This document shows positions 50,630 to 64,000 of a DNA stretch of 64,000 nucleotides, piece by piece. Origin of the DNA: Raillietiella orientalis (Eukaryota). The DNA lies in the NCBI GenBank assembly GCA_036172245.1, contig JAYWIR010000035.1, forward strand, positions 1,612,001-1,676,000. Direction: 5' to 3'. The position numbers and the translations under genes were made by a program. Below the pieces are notes generated by a model. That model saw only the letters and a list, made by a program, of their open reading frames with translations, was not told the DNA's origin and did not search any database. Numbering within the stretch: the stretch's first letter is position 1; the number at the start of each line of letters is the position of its first letter.

Positions 50630-51350
50630 TCAGAACCAAAAAGACTCTCGAAGATACGGTGGTTCGCAATCTTCCGACTACGAAGAATCTCAGATTCTCG
50701 GAATACGAATCGTTAAAGGCGGTGTGGTGGATGCCATCGGGTGCGGAGCTGGTCAAACTGCGGGGCAAGGCTGGCATGAGCATTTCTTAAAGCCACCCGC
50801 ACAAGGCATACCAGATGGGTATAACACGTATAGGCAGGCAAAACAACTCATGTGGATGCAACCTTCCTGGTCTTTGGATATGAGAATGGAAACGTTACCT
50901 GACGAGTGTCACAGCTTCATGCGTGATTGCATGATTTATGTACACATCCCTACGACATTCGGCGCTTGATGGCATGAAATTTCTAGAACTTATTTTTAGA
51001 AAACTCTCCCCATTATAAACTGCATTAGTAACGATAATCTCTCCTAAAAATAAATATGATGAGGAGATTCAGCAAGGACAGAAAGAAGTCACAGCCGCAA
51101 GTGCATCAGCGCAAACTTGTAAAACGTTCACGTTGGCCTTCTGAGAGCAGCAAATGGTACATCGGACATTTCGTATTGCCGATGGATTACGTACATTCTT
51201 GAACGAAAATGCAAAGCGTGTTTCTGTTCGGGAACAACTTGTTTACAGTTTTTGGGTATGTACAGCGAACGATGCACATGATGGGAAACTAGTTCCAGGA
51301 GATGATGACAGAGACTTCCAGTCGCTCTTTATCTCTTGCCTCTTGTTTGC
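50630..51350 (+). mobile_element. Highly decayed non-LTR retrotransposon RT fragments
   Basis: Frameshifted peptides echo LINE RT motifs in order: KTLEDTVVRNL, GGVVDAI, SFMRDCMIYV. A second piece reads LRTFLNENAKRVSV...LFISCL. Recognised by eye only. Confidence 0.35.
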
Positions 51351-51364
51351 ATCTATGCGCATAG

Positions 51365-52130
51365 GTTATGGACCCAAAATTTGAACAAGTATACGAAGAT
51401 TTTTTTTTTTTTTTGACGGATAAATGGGTCATTGTCCTCAATGGAGGTTGCATTTAATAAAAAAGCAAATACCATATCTGCCCAGAAAGGAAAGTTGGGG
51501 CACACAATACACACGCCTAAAAACATTTGCGTACGCTATAATTTTGACGAAGTCGAATGGCAGAATGTAGCGCTTGTCGGAACTGTACACCAAGAAGCCG
51601 GTTGCTCTTGAAACCAAATGGCACTGCGCTTGAGCCACCGTATAGAGGTGCACTGTGACTGTATGGTCATACGAGGAGAAACTTCGGTTCTCCCAGTTCC
51701 TTTCATGCTGATCTGCGCGAGATTCGGTAGAGCCATTCCATCACTCAATTAAAAAGCCATCTATCACCGAAAGTTCCAAAGGACCGAACCGTACCCATGA
51801 GCGATTTTCCAATGCGCCGGGAGACAGGTAAACTTTCAATCCGTCGCGTGTTGCGCCGCAACGGCTCTCGAAAGTCGGCTGCCATTTCCTGAATTCGAAC
51901 GCTCCAATGTTTGCTCTCATCCAATATGGCTCCTCTGTTTGTTTCCCCCTCCCCTCGCTTCCTCCGGGAAACTCTTCGTCGCCTTGCCCGCTGATTTGGT
52001 TCGCCGAAGGTGTTCCAAACTGCGACAGCGCACGATTTACTCGAAGGTGTGCATCCATGCCTAACTACCAGTTCGCCAGGTTTTGGTTGCCGCGGAACTC
52101 TTTGAAGCGCATTGATGGATTCAGCGTTTT
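51365..52130 (-). mobile_element. Decayed Ty3/Gypsy integrase core relic
   Basis: RALSQFGTPSANQISGQG..F resembles the integrase RFGxPxxIxSDQGxxF motif. It is followed by LKVYL...SW...P and a downstream ILGP* (GPY/F-like) at ~51370. Confidence 0.5.
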
Positions 52131-53409
52131 GGCCAGCGCCTCGTATGGGGGGGGGGGGAAGCGCACACCGCGTGTCCGGCGCTGGTGGTCGGTCGCGAAG
52201 GTGACAGGAGCCGGACCGCGTTGCTCTTCTGCCGCTCACGGAATTCTCCGTGCCCGAGCTTCTCTGTCCTTCGTTTTCCGACGAAAGAGATTCCGAGCGA
52301 ACATCACCGTCGACTCCGCCACTACCGAACGAAAACGCGAAGACACGACGAAGTGTTGATCCCCCCCCCCGAGCCCACTTTCATTAAGGAGGCGAGGTAA
52401 AAGTAAATCAAGCAAATACATGTCGCAATCTTCACGGATTACCCGTGAAGAAGAGCAACGCATGCCCGCGCGCGCTCACAAGAGAGGAAATACAAAAAGC
52501 CGCGGAGCAGAGCAGAGCAAACGCACCCAAATTAAAGTGAAGCACTTTCGGAGCCATCGAAAGCAGACGACCGTGTCAACGCGGATGGGATGGGATGGAA
52601 CCAACGAGCGATACGACAGGCACGTGCATTAGGAAGGGGAAAACAGCGTGCGGCTCGATAAAGAATTAGAGGGCCGCTCTTCATGGAGTAGGAAATTGGG
52701 GATGGATGGTCCCCATCCTCGAGTACATCATCGCTTGTGGTGGGACATGCTGCTGGCGTGCTGCGATCTGCCCTCCCCTCAGACCTCCGAAATGAGTTCG
52801 ACTGGCAGTTTTTGTTGCAGTTTTTAAGGACAAGTGACTGCAGCCACACAAAACACGGTGTAACCCGTGAGACTTATTTTTTCCGCTTAAGCAGCCATGC
52901 CTATGTCGGGCACCTAGCTCGGGGAGAGCCATTGGTTTTTTTTTTTTTTTCTTTTACCTCCTGTTCTTACCCACCGTGATAGAGCCTGATGAGGAACCCA
53001 GAGTGCTCAAACCAATGAGCACTGCGCGACATCTACGATGGTAGCATGCGGCTGTACGAACAGTGTGTTCAGGCAGCATGCTGAGCGCCTCCCCCCCGGC
53101 GTGACAGTACCGTAACGTGCAGTACCGCGAAAAAGGTCGACGTTTTCCGTGTTACGCATGAAACATCCTTCCGGCGGGATCAGACGTCCCTGGGAGGTCA
53201 AGAATCTGAACTCGAACCGCACCGCATGCAGACGAGTTCTCTCTTGGAGGTCGGGGAGAAGGAAGAGCAGGGGGGGGGGGGGGCATGTGAACAGCGCCAC
53301 GGAAAACCGGTGGTGCACGTAACGCTGCAGCAGCATCAACAAGAAGAAGAAGAAGAAGGGTCACTGGACGAAATTCGAACACGTTCACGCCGCCCTCCCT
53401 ACCGCGATG

Positions 53410-53680
53410 CTCTCAACACATCCCTTGTTTTCAGAGCAGCCCTGCGATTTCTCCGAGCATCGTCTGTCTTGCTCGAAACTAGGAAACGAGCAGCTCTTCA
53501 AGCGTAGTCTGTCGGAATTTGCAGGAGTTTTTCTGGCTTCCACGTGTCCCCTGGTAATTACTGACGTGGCCTTTCCAAAGGCGTACATAACCAAACTCGG
53601 TCAGCGAAGATGCCAGGGATTCCAAGTATATTACTTTCATCTTCGAAACGAGCATGGAATTCGCCAAATCCGATTCTCTT
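53410..53680 (+). mobile_element. Decayed non-LTR RT fragment
   Basis: HPLFSEQPCDFSEHRLSC (like LSxxQxGFRxxRS) followed by ITDVAFPKAY (like FLDxxKAYD). Confidence 0.4.
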
Positions 53681-56600
53681 CATCATCGTTTTGCTGCGAC
53701 CTGTCTTGAGCGCTCTAATCACGGGGCGATGGGGGGGAAAGGAAAGTCTGCACTGGATCGACCCACGCACTGCGAATCCACCTACACGGGATTAACACTG
53801 CTCCCTACTTTCGCGAGTGCTCGTGAGTCTCGCCGAGTTAAACGTCCGGGAACTTCACTGTATCCATAATTAAGTTAGGAATCGCTCATGTTCATTTCAA
53901 GAGACTAAGATTGATGTTTCTGTGACAGCATGACATGTTTGCAGGCGCTCCGGAGGCTTATCGGATTTGATCTTGGCATCACACGTTTGCAGCGGTCGGC
54001 AAGCCCGCTGCGTGCCCTCCGAAGCCCGGTGTGCCTCCCTTCCCCCCTCCCAGCATGGGTTTGACAAAAGAACAGACCCTCGCCTTCGATCCGATGAGTT
54101 CAGCCGACGGTACCTGGCCATCAGCGGTTTCACTCTGCGAACTTCTTTTTTTTCTTCTTGTTCCTTATTTTCCAGAGGAAAAGTTTCCACCGCGGTCTCG
54201 AAAGCTCGCGAGCACGCGGCGGTGCTCCCAGAAGGCCGGAAACAGTTCTTCGTTTTCTTGCGCGCTTGTGTTCGTGCGCGGTAGGCGGCGCTTCGGCTGC
54301 GGCGCAACTCATTGTTGCGTCCTCTCCAACAGTGAGTTGCGTCGCCGCACGAGCGCGCGGGACGACACCGTGGCAGCGCCATCTCGACCAGCCGGCTCAG
54401 CCCCCGCGGGACCTGGCGCGGACTTGGAACCGCAAGACCTTTCTTACCTGCCGTTTACCCTCTGCTGCACCCAACACGTGTTTATCCGCGTCCCCGTATT
54501 GAAATTGCAGTGTTTATCCTTTGCCCAATCAGATGAAGCAATTACCGCACTGCGCTCGGAAGACACGGCGATCCATCAATCTCGGATCGTCCTGCCCCAG
54601 GAGCAGTTATGCGCAAGACGATGACGGCCGCGTCGGAGGCTCGAGACCGCCGCTATCGGAACCCGGAACCCCTTGCGCTTCCCCTCTCAGGAGATCCTTC
54701 CTCTCCTTGCTTTCCGGGATTCTCCCCCCTGGTTTCCAGTCCTGATTCCTCCTGCCCGGCTGCCCCTTCTCCACCCGCCCTCCCCCCGGGCTCGCGAGTT
54801 TCCGGACCATGAAACCAGCGACTCTGTGTGCTCCCTGGCTTCCGGGAGAGCACGCTGATCTTCGATTACAAAGAGGGAGCCTCGAGCGCAAGAGCTATTT
54901 TCGGATGCAGGCACGGCAACGGCTCCGGTACGGCCGTGCGCACCTGTCCGATTCGTCCGCTGCGTGCCGTGCAGCTGACGCGCGCAAGCACGGAACGGCA
55001 GCTCCGCGCGCGCGTCTCTCTCTCTCTCTCACCTTTTTTTTGTTTTTGCGTTGACACTTTGTCGCCACACACATCGCGGGACTCGCAGCCGACTGCCGAT
55101 TCCCCAGGGTCTTCCTGATCATGGTCGGTACGCACGCGACCGAGAGACTCCCCCTTGGTTCCCCCGCTTCTTTTCCAACCGCCGTTCGCCTTCCCGGGCA
55201 TCGTGCCCGGCCCCGCGCTCGCGCAAGAGCCGGTGGTGGACAAGGGCGCAGTGCACAAGGAGAGCAGACGAACGACTTGCGCAGGCGCCGTGCCCGCGCA
55301 AGTGAGCGAGCCCCGGCGACAAACTCAGGGTGAAAAGGGGGGGAGGGAAGCGCGGCCACTCCTGCACGGAAGGGCGCGGTACATCCGGCGGCGGCTCAGC
55401 CGCACACGGCGAGGTTTCGGAGTACGACTTTCGTTCGGTTCGGGCGCATGCGCCGGAGGGTCCACCCGGAAGGTACGTGCTACAGCGTCTTCCCCGCCAG
55501 CCCTTTGATTCGTCCGCGCGTCAGCAGATGCACTGTGTGCACGAACTGAAAGGCTGGTGGCGCCGTCGCGATCTGCACCAAGCAGCAGCTCTCCTTCCTT
55601 TCTCGGGCGGCGGTCCCAGGGGGGAAGGTGCCCGGGCAGCGCAAGCCAGCCCAATGCACGACGGTCAGTGCAGTGGCGGTCCTCGGACGGATACGGAGCT
55701 GTGCGCTAGTAAGAGACGGCTATCTTTCCGCGCTCATCACCATCCTTAGAGGCAGGAAGCAGCAAATTTCCTCTGGTCAGAAGTCCGTTTGGCTCCCCTT
55801 CGGCCGCAAGCCTCCTCATCGCCAGGGCATCCTCTTCCTCCCCGGATCCCGGATTGAGGTCCTCCGAGAGTTGAGGTTTCTCACTCTCGCGGGGATGGAG
55901 AGGCGCGGGAGTCGAGGTCTCTGGTCCAGGGTTTCCTGAAATGTTCCGTGCCGACTCTGCACGAGGGTGTTGCGCGGACGATCGTTGCGTCCCGGGAGAG
56001 AACCGCTCCTTCCGGCTCGTGGGGTTCGCGGATGGCCATCGGACTCCAAGATTCACGTAGTTCCCTGAGTAGCTCAGCCGCTGCTCGGCCCCCCGCAAGC
56101 TTTCGCACCCGACCGTGTCGCCGCGTGGGCTGCCCACGCTGGCATCATCCCATCTCAATAGGGAGGAGGCAACCCAGCGTAAGAGCAGGGCCTCCGGCTT
56201 GTGCCGTGAGTTCATAGGGTGGGAGTGTGCTTTCATGGAAACGACGTGCCCGGCCGTGGCGAGTTCGTCGAGCGGTCAGCAACGGTCAGATCATCCTTGG
56301 ACGGCCACCCGTCTTCCGTATCCCGAAACGGCCACTGGTCGAGGGAGACCGCAAGGTCGAGCGCGCCGCGACCGCCTAGTCGTGCGCGCGTACCGAACGG
56401 AAACCGCCTCGGCGTTCGGTACGCAGCGCTGCTGCGCTCCGATTCACCCCGAAAGAAAGGCGCCTCGCAGCACAGAATCATCCCGAAGGAGAAGCGGGAC
56501 GAAAGACGGTTCCCGACACTCCCTTGGCAGGGCGCTGGTCTGCCGCAGATGGGCTGGCGGGAAAATATTCCGCTGGAGGCGCCACCGGCGCAAGACCCAA

Positions 56601-59600
56601 GTGTGTCGCCGTCGCCGACGACGAGCAACGCCAACAGGACGCCGGACTTTTCAAGGACGGGCAGAGGGGAGCGCCTCGACTCGCGCGCGCTTTTTCCTCT
56701 CACGCACCTCGTCTGCCGACGACGCCCTCGCCCGTTCGCACGATGCACGAAAGCGACCTCTCAGGAGGCATAGAGAAGCGGAGACGCACTTTATGGCAGT
56801 CTCAGGGAACGTTAGGATCCCACGGCGGCCGGCATGAGCACCCGGGAAAACTAGGAGGCAGCAACAGCAGACAGCGAGGGGGCCTTACTCGGATACCGGT
56901 AGTGGACGGGAGATGGCGCTCCCACCTCCTCGAAGAAAAGAGTTAAATCATCGCATTCCGCGGGGATCCTGACTTGTGCTGCCGACAAAAATGTCGATGA
57001 ACCCGCGGGTGCTGCTGCTCCTGATAGATCCGTTTTCCCTCAAGTGCACTCTGCATTCCATTCGACCCGAAGATGACGTTTTCCTCCGGGCGAATTGATG
57101 GCCACATGCTTGAAATTGCTCGCCTGTACTGGAGCTCCACTCGCCATCGGATTTCTGAAGGAGCCACCCTGCCTCACTGATACGGCGCCTCTTCCCCGGC
57201 TCGTGTTTCACCAGGAAATAAAAACAAGGACAAACAAACAAATAAGAAGGGGGAGGAGGAGAACTTCCGGAGTCTTATGCACCCACGAGAGGGGTCCCAC
57301 TGCCGCAATTTCACTTTTCTTCGGACGCTGGAAACAGTGCAGATCGGGGCGTCGGCACTCAAGTGGGTTCTGAGACAGGGTCGTCGAGATGGGGATTCAT
57401 CACAACGAAAGGAAGCTGTTCCAGGTCCCAGGAAGTCCGATCTTTTTACCAGATCTTTCGTCAACAAGCAGCTTCACCCGGGTGTGAGCGCGTCCGCGAA
57501 AGCGCACGTTCGGATGTGGCTCAAAGAAAGTACGAATGACCTTCGAAGTGACCGCAACCTCCGGTCGATCGCGAGCATTCGACCGCCGCCGCAGCCGCCG
57601 CGCTCAGCAGCGGGTCCGCGTGGGACACTTCCGTGCGCGCGCAAGAACGCCCCTTTATCTGGCGAGAACCGTTCCAACAACCGGCAGCTCTGTGACCCTG
57701 TGCAGACTCCGTGGTCTCAGCGGTGCGTGCACGCACATAGTTGCTGATGTTCTTGTGCGCGAGGAGGAGGGGGGAAGAGCAAGGACCCGTTGGGAGGTTT
57801 CCCTGCTCGCCATCGCCGTCGCCGGGAGACTTCCACGGCCAAACAAAAAACGCGTGCGGGGCGAGCGTGCAGCTGCACGCCAGGAGTACTTCGGGGACGC
57901 GGCAGGGACCGTTCGCACGTTCGCGGGAGGCGTTCGAGCCACGCGCAGGGACCACCTTCCTTGCTGACCGCGTAAGGGGGCACTCCAATACATGCCCGGA
58001 AGAAACCGGTGCTCTCCGGGACGGGAGCGAGGACCTCGGTGGATGGAAGAAGCTGCTTGATGTGGTGGCAGCGAGAAAAAGATCACGGACCCGCACGGCA
58101 CACTTGCACGGACCGATTTGGAGCGCAGGCAAGGATGGAGGGGAGGGCTTGCCAGGCGCTTTGGGTTTTGCAAGGTGCGGAGCACCGGCACGCAGAGCGG
58201 CGGCGGCGAGTGCTCGCCGACACCCACTTCTGGGTGGAGCAGCTGCAGCTGCTTGCGAGGACCCGATGCACTCTCGAACCTCAAGCAGCAGCCGATTTCA
58301 TAGGGACACTAAGGTGCTGACAGGGTACTCCCACTCGGTTTCCGAACTAGGGCGAGGCCGGCTCCCCATCCGGAAAGACGCCCCCTGCTCGTTGCTTTCG
58401 GTCAACGCGGTGCCGATCTTGGCGATGAAGTTCCCAAAGAGAAGTCGGAGGAGCATTCGCTGTTGTAGCGGTGCCGAAGGGCAGGCCAGCCCCGAGCTGC
58501 GCCCAGAGTTGTTGGAAAACGCTGCTAGGAGACGGAGCGTGATGGCGAGCGGTTAACCGGACTCCTGGCAACAATAGCTTCAGAGGAAACTGGCTTCCCG
58601 GAAGCATGGAGCAAGCTTGGACTGGTGTAATCGGAGGACCTCAGCGATGATAGGATGGAACGCGGCGGGTGATGGAACCAATCCGTGATGATGGAACGAT
58701 TGCTATTGCGGGTTCGAGGGAGAAAGGCATAGGAAAACGGCCACGGATGGGAGGAGGGGGGAGGGAGGGGGGAGAGAGGCAGGATCACCAAATGCACGCA
58801 AGGTGCACTTACCGGATTCTCTTTCGGTGTCCCTCGACTCTTCGCTCACCTACTCGAGGGGTGTCCGCTAAGCAGCTCAAGGGCCGAAGGACCGATGTCT
58901 TTCAGACACTGCTTCCGCTTCTCAGGGGACATTGGTCCTTGTGTTTCAAGAAGGGAACACAACGACCGATGACTAGTTTGTGTTTCTTTCCGTGTCCGCC
59001 TAGTGGGTGTCCTTCTGCGTTCAGCGCTCTCTCCCGACATCGCTGGCGAACCAACGAGGCCAGTACCCCGAATGAACTGACGCCCGAAAGAATAAAGGGA
59101 TCCCGAAATAAAAAGTGCGCAGAAATGCATGCGGAGGCAGGTGCGAATGCCGCCAACATGTCACGGGAGTGCACAGATGGGGTCACCTGTTCGCACGCTG
59201 ACCGGTGAACCGCGGCTGGCCTTTTGCATTTTTTTTTTTTCTTCACTGGCGCGTTCTTTCGGAAGGCAAGGCGTGCAGCTTGTTTCGTGATGGTGCACGC
59301 GCAAGAAACACACGCATCACACGTGCTCTCTCCGCGGCGAAACTCCGGGCACGAGGGCAGCAGAGAAACGTCCGTTCCAGCAAGGCGGCCGACAAACCCG
59401 CATGCTGAACCCCGGTCGCGCTCGTCGCGCAGGGCGCTGCCGTCCCGTCTGCGCCGAGGTGTCCTCGATGAAAATGCGCGTTCCTCCGACAGAGGAACTC
59501 GGCCTCAGCTGCCTCCTCTTTTCCCGGTTGTTTCGGGCCAGCTTCATTGCCCTTGGGCCCCAGAGAGGTGACCGAGGAGTTTTCGTGGTTCCCGTGGTGA

Positions 59601-60089
59601 AACAAAGTTGACAAAGAAAAAGGGAAGGAGGAAAACAAAGAAGAGGAGCACTCCATATTTCACTGAAAAAGCGCCGACCCACCCGTTTCCGCCACGCAAA
59701 CCCCGTCTTGGCTCTTCGCGGACCACCTTCCACGTCCACCACCCTCGCAGAGGATTTTCTGTTATCAGTTCCAGTTTTCACCAGTGCAACCTTTTTCTCT
59801 GTGTGCTGACAGGAGAGCAGGCGATTCTCCTGCGGTTGCTGATTGTCCCCAGGGCATGGGGTGAGGAAGCCTGCGGAGAAGTCACTGAAGCGTTCACGTC
59901 TTCACCGCCCTGTGGACCTCTGGTTCCTTTAGGTTTCAATCGATGGATTCACTTCTTTTGTTCCGAGCAGAAAGGAAAATGCCTCGACCCGCGCTGCAGG
60001 CGCCCGTCAGCCTGCTGATCCCAAAGTTCCTTAGATCCTTGATAAAGGAGCGGAAGGCACCACCGCAATTTAGAGGGCGAGCGCTTTCG

Positions 60090-60475
60090 GGTCCAGGCTC
60101 ATTCCTCCGGTGTCTCCTTGTTGCTTCTTCACGGTGAAAAGGGGGGGCCGCCACGATCCGCGCTGCGTCATAGTCTGCGATTAGTAGCAATCGGTCTGGC
60201 CGATTGGAGAGCCCTGACTGTTCCTCCTGTTGAAGATCGTTTTCCATTTTCTTCAGGACCAGGTGCGATCGCGAGATCCACCGCGATACCAGTCGGCCCA
60301 CCGTGAAACAACTCCGGGATTCCAACTGAATGACAACCTTCGTTCCGAAGTCCCTCATTTCCTGATGAAGCGCCTCACGGACCGGTATGTGGGTCGGTCG
60401 ATCCTCTCCAGCGTCGCCAAAGAATTCAAAGATCCCAAGTGCACATCCCATCTTCTCATCTTGGTGCTGAATCAT
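60090..60475 (-). mobile_element. Decayed Ty3/Gypsy integrase N-terminal relic (HHCC region plus first catalytic Asp)
   Basis: Across frameshifts: HQDEKMG / HLGS..LATLERI..TYRSVRRFIRK*GTSERR (C to stop) / GIAVDL..PGP / RLLLIADY, in the order expected for Gypsy integrase. Confidence 0.6.
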
Positions 60476-63009
60476 TCAGAATCTTCGAGTTTTAGGTTCG
60501 CAGCGCGTAAAAAAAAAAAGAAAAAAAAAAAGAAAAAAGAAAAAAAAACGAATCGCTTCTTATTTTTGTAAAGCAGTCACCTGATGGCTTGTTTGTCTCA
60601 AAGATTCTCTCTGTTTTGTTCCGGAGGGCCGGTTGCCACTCTAACGATGCCTTTGCAGAAGGGAATGAATCGCTATTCAGAGTGGACCGGAACCCAACTC
60701 TCAGCTCGGTTTGTCAAGATTCATTGAGCCTCATCCGGCTGCGGATCGTTAGCTGCGAATCGTGCTGTTGGCTCATTGAGCTGCACGCGGACGGCGAGCT
60801 TCGGCTCCAGAATGAACGAAACGTTTCCAAAGTGCACGGCGGCACCCTCCACGAATTAGCTTGCAGGGAATTCAACCACACGATTAGCTTTCAGGGAAGG
60901 GGCAGTGCAAAACACAACAGTGTTCGGATTCCATCCGTATGTTACGCAGGCCACGTGAAACCTGCCAGCCTCAGAACTGATTCTGAGACGAAAAGCAGGG
61001 TGCGCTGCGTAAGGTAAGGAGAGAAGAACAACTCTGCTTTAGTACTCTTTCGGGACGGCTTTGAGTAGCTCACCCTACAGAATTACGAGCATGCGTCCGT
61101 ACGCTACACCTGCTTCTTGTACACATTTCACTCATTGAAACGAAAGGCATGCGTTCCGCTGTCACCGAAGCAATCGTAAAATCCGTCCACGGTTGAGGAA
61201 CGCGGATCGACGGCACCTCAAGTGCGATTACCATTAAATCGTGTACCGTTGATAAATTCCGGTTTTAAAGGCAGTCTAGAAGATCGATCACTTTCCTCTC
61301 GAGAGTCAGGGTGATTCAGTGGCCACTTGTTTCGGACAACGCACGCAACCCTTCCTGGATCTAACGCTTCAGAGAACGAACAAGACCACGCGCACGCCAT
61401 CCTTAAGATGACGGCTGTGAACGATGGCAAGCAAGGTCTGCTGCATTCCTCTGCAGAGCATCAAGTTCGTTCCTAGCTTTCACTGGGACGCAAGCTCATG
61501 CATCAAGACGGTCGTGTTCATTTCTTCATGCTGTCCGGGAGCAGCCATATGGTTGTTCACTTAAGAGTTACTATGGCCGATTACTTATAGTGCCATGAAT
61601 AATGGGACTAAAGCAAGATGGATGGATAGAAAGATCAGAACTTTCTGGGCAAAGCAATCGACTGGGATATTCCTGCTTACTACATCACGTTAACACGTAA
61701 ACGTATCGTTTCCGTTTAATTCCGTATTGAAATTCCATTCGCTGCGGTGAAGACTATTTTTCGTCCGTACCGACGAAGGGAGAACGTAAGATTTCAAAAC
61801 AACATGAGCAAGCTACAGCTATGGAATTAGAATTTACCGCGGGAGCAAATCCGGTTCCACAAGGCCGTTTAGAACTTACGGATCATTGAAATCGAAGAGC
61901 AGCTTTCTTGACACCATGAGAATCAGGAAGGAGCACGCATCTTATCATCCATAAACATACTTCACTGGGCTACTCAAAATGTAAGGAGAGATCAGGAAAG
62001 ACAAACAAACGCCCAGAGGGCCACGCCACGGTTCATCCACGCTTCCCATCCACACACGAAATCGCTGGGAAAATGGTGATCTGCCTTTTCAGGCGACCTT
62101 GCTCCGAAATGAAAAGGCTATTTGTTTTGCTTCACCAATACGTGCACTCGCACTCTGGGAAACACCCTTTTCGAAAGTAGGCGATGAAATCTTTCTGGCG
62201 ACGCATGGCAGCGGCACCAGAACACGACGTACGCAGAGCTCCGAAGCAAAGGAAAGTAACACGAAATTTTCCATCGGGCCAAGGAGGAGCAGTCAAGACG
62301 CACGCTGTCATTAACGCCTGTTTTCGGATGATCAAGAGAAATGGACAAAGGAAACCCAATGGGAAGGCAGATTTTACAGAAATGAGGAAAGAGCACGAGG
62401 TAAGGTAACCTGGAAAGAAACTGCAGGGGTATAGAGGTCGCCAAAACTGGTTTCTTAGGTAGTTTTCATGGAGGTTTCTGCTTTCATGAAACCAGGTGGT
62501 CTTGGCAGCTCAAAGACACAGGAGAACCCCAGCACAAACGCTCCTTTATTCATTTTTCATAATCCCCGTAGGGAGACACTCGGGACTTCTCTTGGAAGCA
62601 GGTGGATGCATGGAGCTCCGACTGCACTCGGGGCAGCAGATTAACAAGAATGGTGATCACTAGGGCAGATTCTGCATGGAAGGTTGTGAAATGGCACTCC
62701 GCAATCAATGATTTCTCCAATCTCTTTCCACCTCTTCTCTTGGAGAAATGAATCTACAGATACCACTGAAGGTACCGCTTTTGGTTGTATGCGCTTCTGT
62801 TGATTTTTCTTGATGCTGGTGCTGATTCAGACGACGCGTTCGCTTGTTCCAGATCACACTGGAATGAAGGGTTGTTTATGGCCCTACCATCATGACTAAG
62901 GCAGGTTAACAGGTGCTAGGTGCTTTGGTTTTCTTAACCGTGCATCGGTCCAAACAGCAAAAGGATGTTGCTAGATGACCGCTTAGCTTCAGCATCGATA
63001 GAACGTTGT

Positions 63010-63620
63010 CAAGTGATTAGATATAGCTTTATCCAAAAGGGTTGTTTCCTGCAGCAACGAAGGAATTCAAGAATCACATCACATGTGCTCCGCTTCTTCG
63101 AGATCGTATAACAGTGGCAGAGATACTGAAGTGGTTTTTAGAGTGCTTAAGAGAGCGACGTGTTCTTCTCGTGAAGATATTATTTCATTCTTGGGAATGG
63201 ATTTCGCTCGTTTCATCTACCTGCTGCAAGGTTCCAGCCCATATCAAGCACCCGATGCGATCGCCGATCGCTGCTAACCAAAGACATCAGACACGCAAGG
63301 TACTGCCAATGAGTCGATGAGCTCTTGCTTTCGTTTGCTGCAACTGAAGCATACGAATTCAGCAGCATTCAATTGGAAAGAAGGCATCCGCTGAGAACGA
63401 CACCTCCAGTGTGCAACTGCTTGGTGAGCCATGTTTACGTTTTATTTCATTCCTCCGGTGGGATTTTCATCCCCAGCTTCTCAACTGCCCTGCGTAAACG
63501 AAATCACCCTGATGGCAGTCGATTCTTTTGAAACAAGGAAAAAACAGCATCTGCTATCGGGAATGATATATGGAAGGCTCGTCGCTTCGATGGCGTGGCA
63601 AGAGCTTTTGCCGAGGAGAG
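63010..63620 (+). mobile_element. Decayed non-LTR RT fragment
   Basis: Ordered remnants LDIALSK, ILKWFLECLRERRV, LQGSS and LLSFA echo LDxxKAFD, WxxSFLxxR, PQGS and FADD. Confidence 0.45.
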
Positions 63621-64000
63621 ACCAGAACATCCTTTAGACTCAGCAACGCGAATCGAAGAGGCCTTCCGGCTCGTACAGTCCATCAGGCACGGGACTGGCA
63701 ATCCTTCAGCGAAGAGCAAGCCGCCTGGAAAGCAACCTTTAATTCGATTTGCTTTGTAGAGGCCTCTCTGTTTGTTTGCGTCCGCCTACGACTGCGTCGG
63801 CGACGATGGATTCGGACTTCACGACGGACTGCAGCCATAAATCTTCCCCAATGTGACGTCGAAGATACGGGATTTCCGCGGTGGGATATGCTTTTTTTAG
63901 GTTTCGGATGCAATGCACAGAGAAAACGCACGAAGGATCTTCTCAAGGCACGCTCGGCTCGAGGTCGGAACGGCTTGATGGTTTTAAAGCGCTCGCTTTT

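Noticed and set aside
34500..60000. Dozens of 100-350 aa Arg/Pro/Gly-rich ORFs overlapping on both strands
   Set aside because: Expected from high GC, since stops are scarce. No domain motifs apart from the RhoGEF frames and TE relics.
1..64000. Prokaryotic-type systems (CRISPR arrays, defence operons), rRNA or snRNA genes
   Set aside because: The sequence is spliced animal DNA; no regularly spaced repeats or recognisable structural RNA genes were seen.

Overview
This is eukaryotic animal genomic DNA, most likely from an arthropod judging by protein style (inference). The window has two compositional halves. About 1-34.4 kb is AT-rich and CpG-poor and holds four intron-rich genes that I assembled exon by exon into uninterrupted frames: XAB2/SYF1 (+, ~838 aa), an uncharacterised WW + CUE-like protein (+, ~548 aa) starting only 125 nt after the XAB2 stop, WDTC1/adipose (-, ~672 aa) and CRNKL1/crooked neck (+, ~677 aa). 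About 34.4-64 kb is GC- and CpG-rich and holds a PLEKHG1/2/3-type DH-PH RhoGEF (-, 5' end unresolved), a degenerate LTR-like element and several decayed Gypsy integrase and non-LTR RT relics. Three things stand out. (1) At the XAB2/WW-gene junction there is no visible promoter; AATAAA directly abuts a TTTCAG splice acceptor, and that acceptor is in frame with the last XAB2 donor, so an operon-like unit or a chimeric protein is possible. (2) Thirty-six introns are only 39-59 nt, and several have purine-rich 3' ends lacking a polypyrimidine tract. (3) Two HAT-repeat NineTeen-complex subunit genes are physically linked. Most long ORFs in the GC-rich half are compositional artefacts. All gene identities come from recalled protein motifs; no database search was run.
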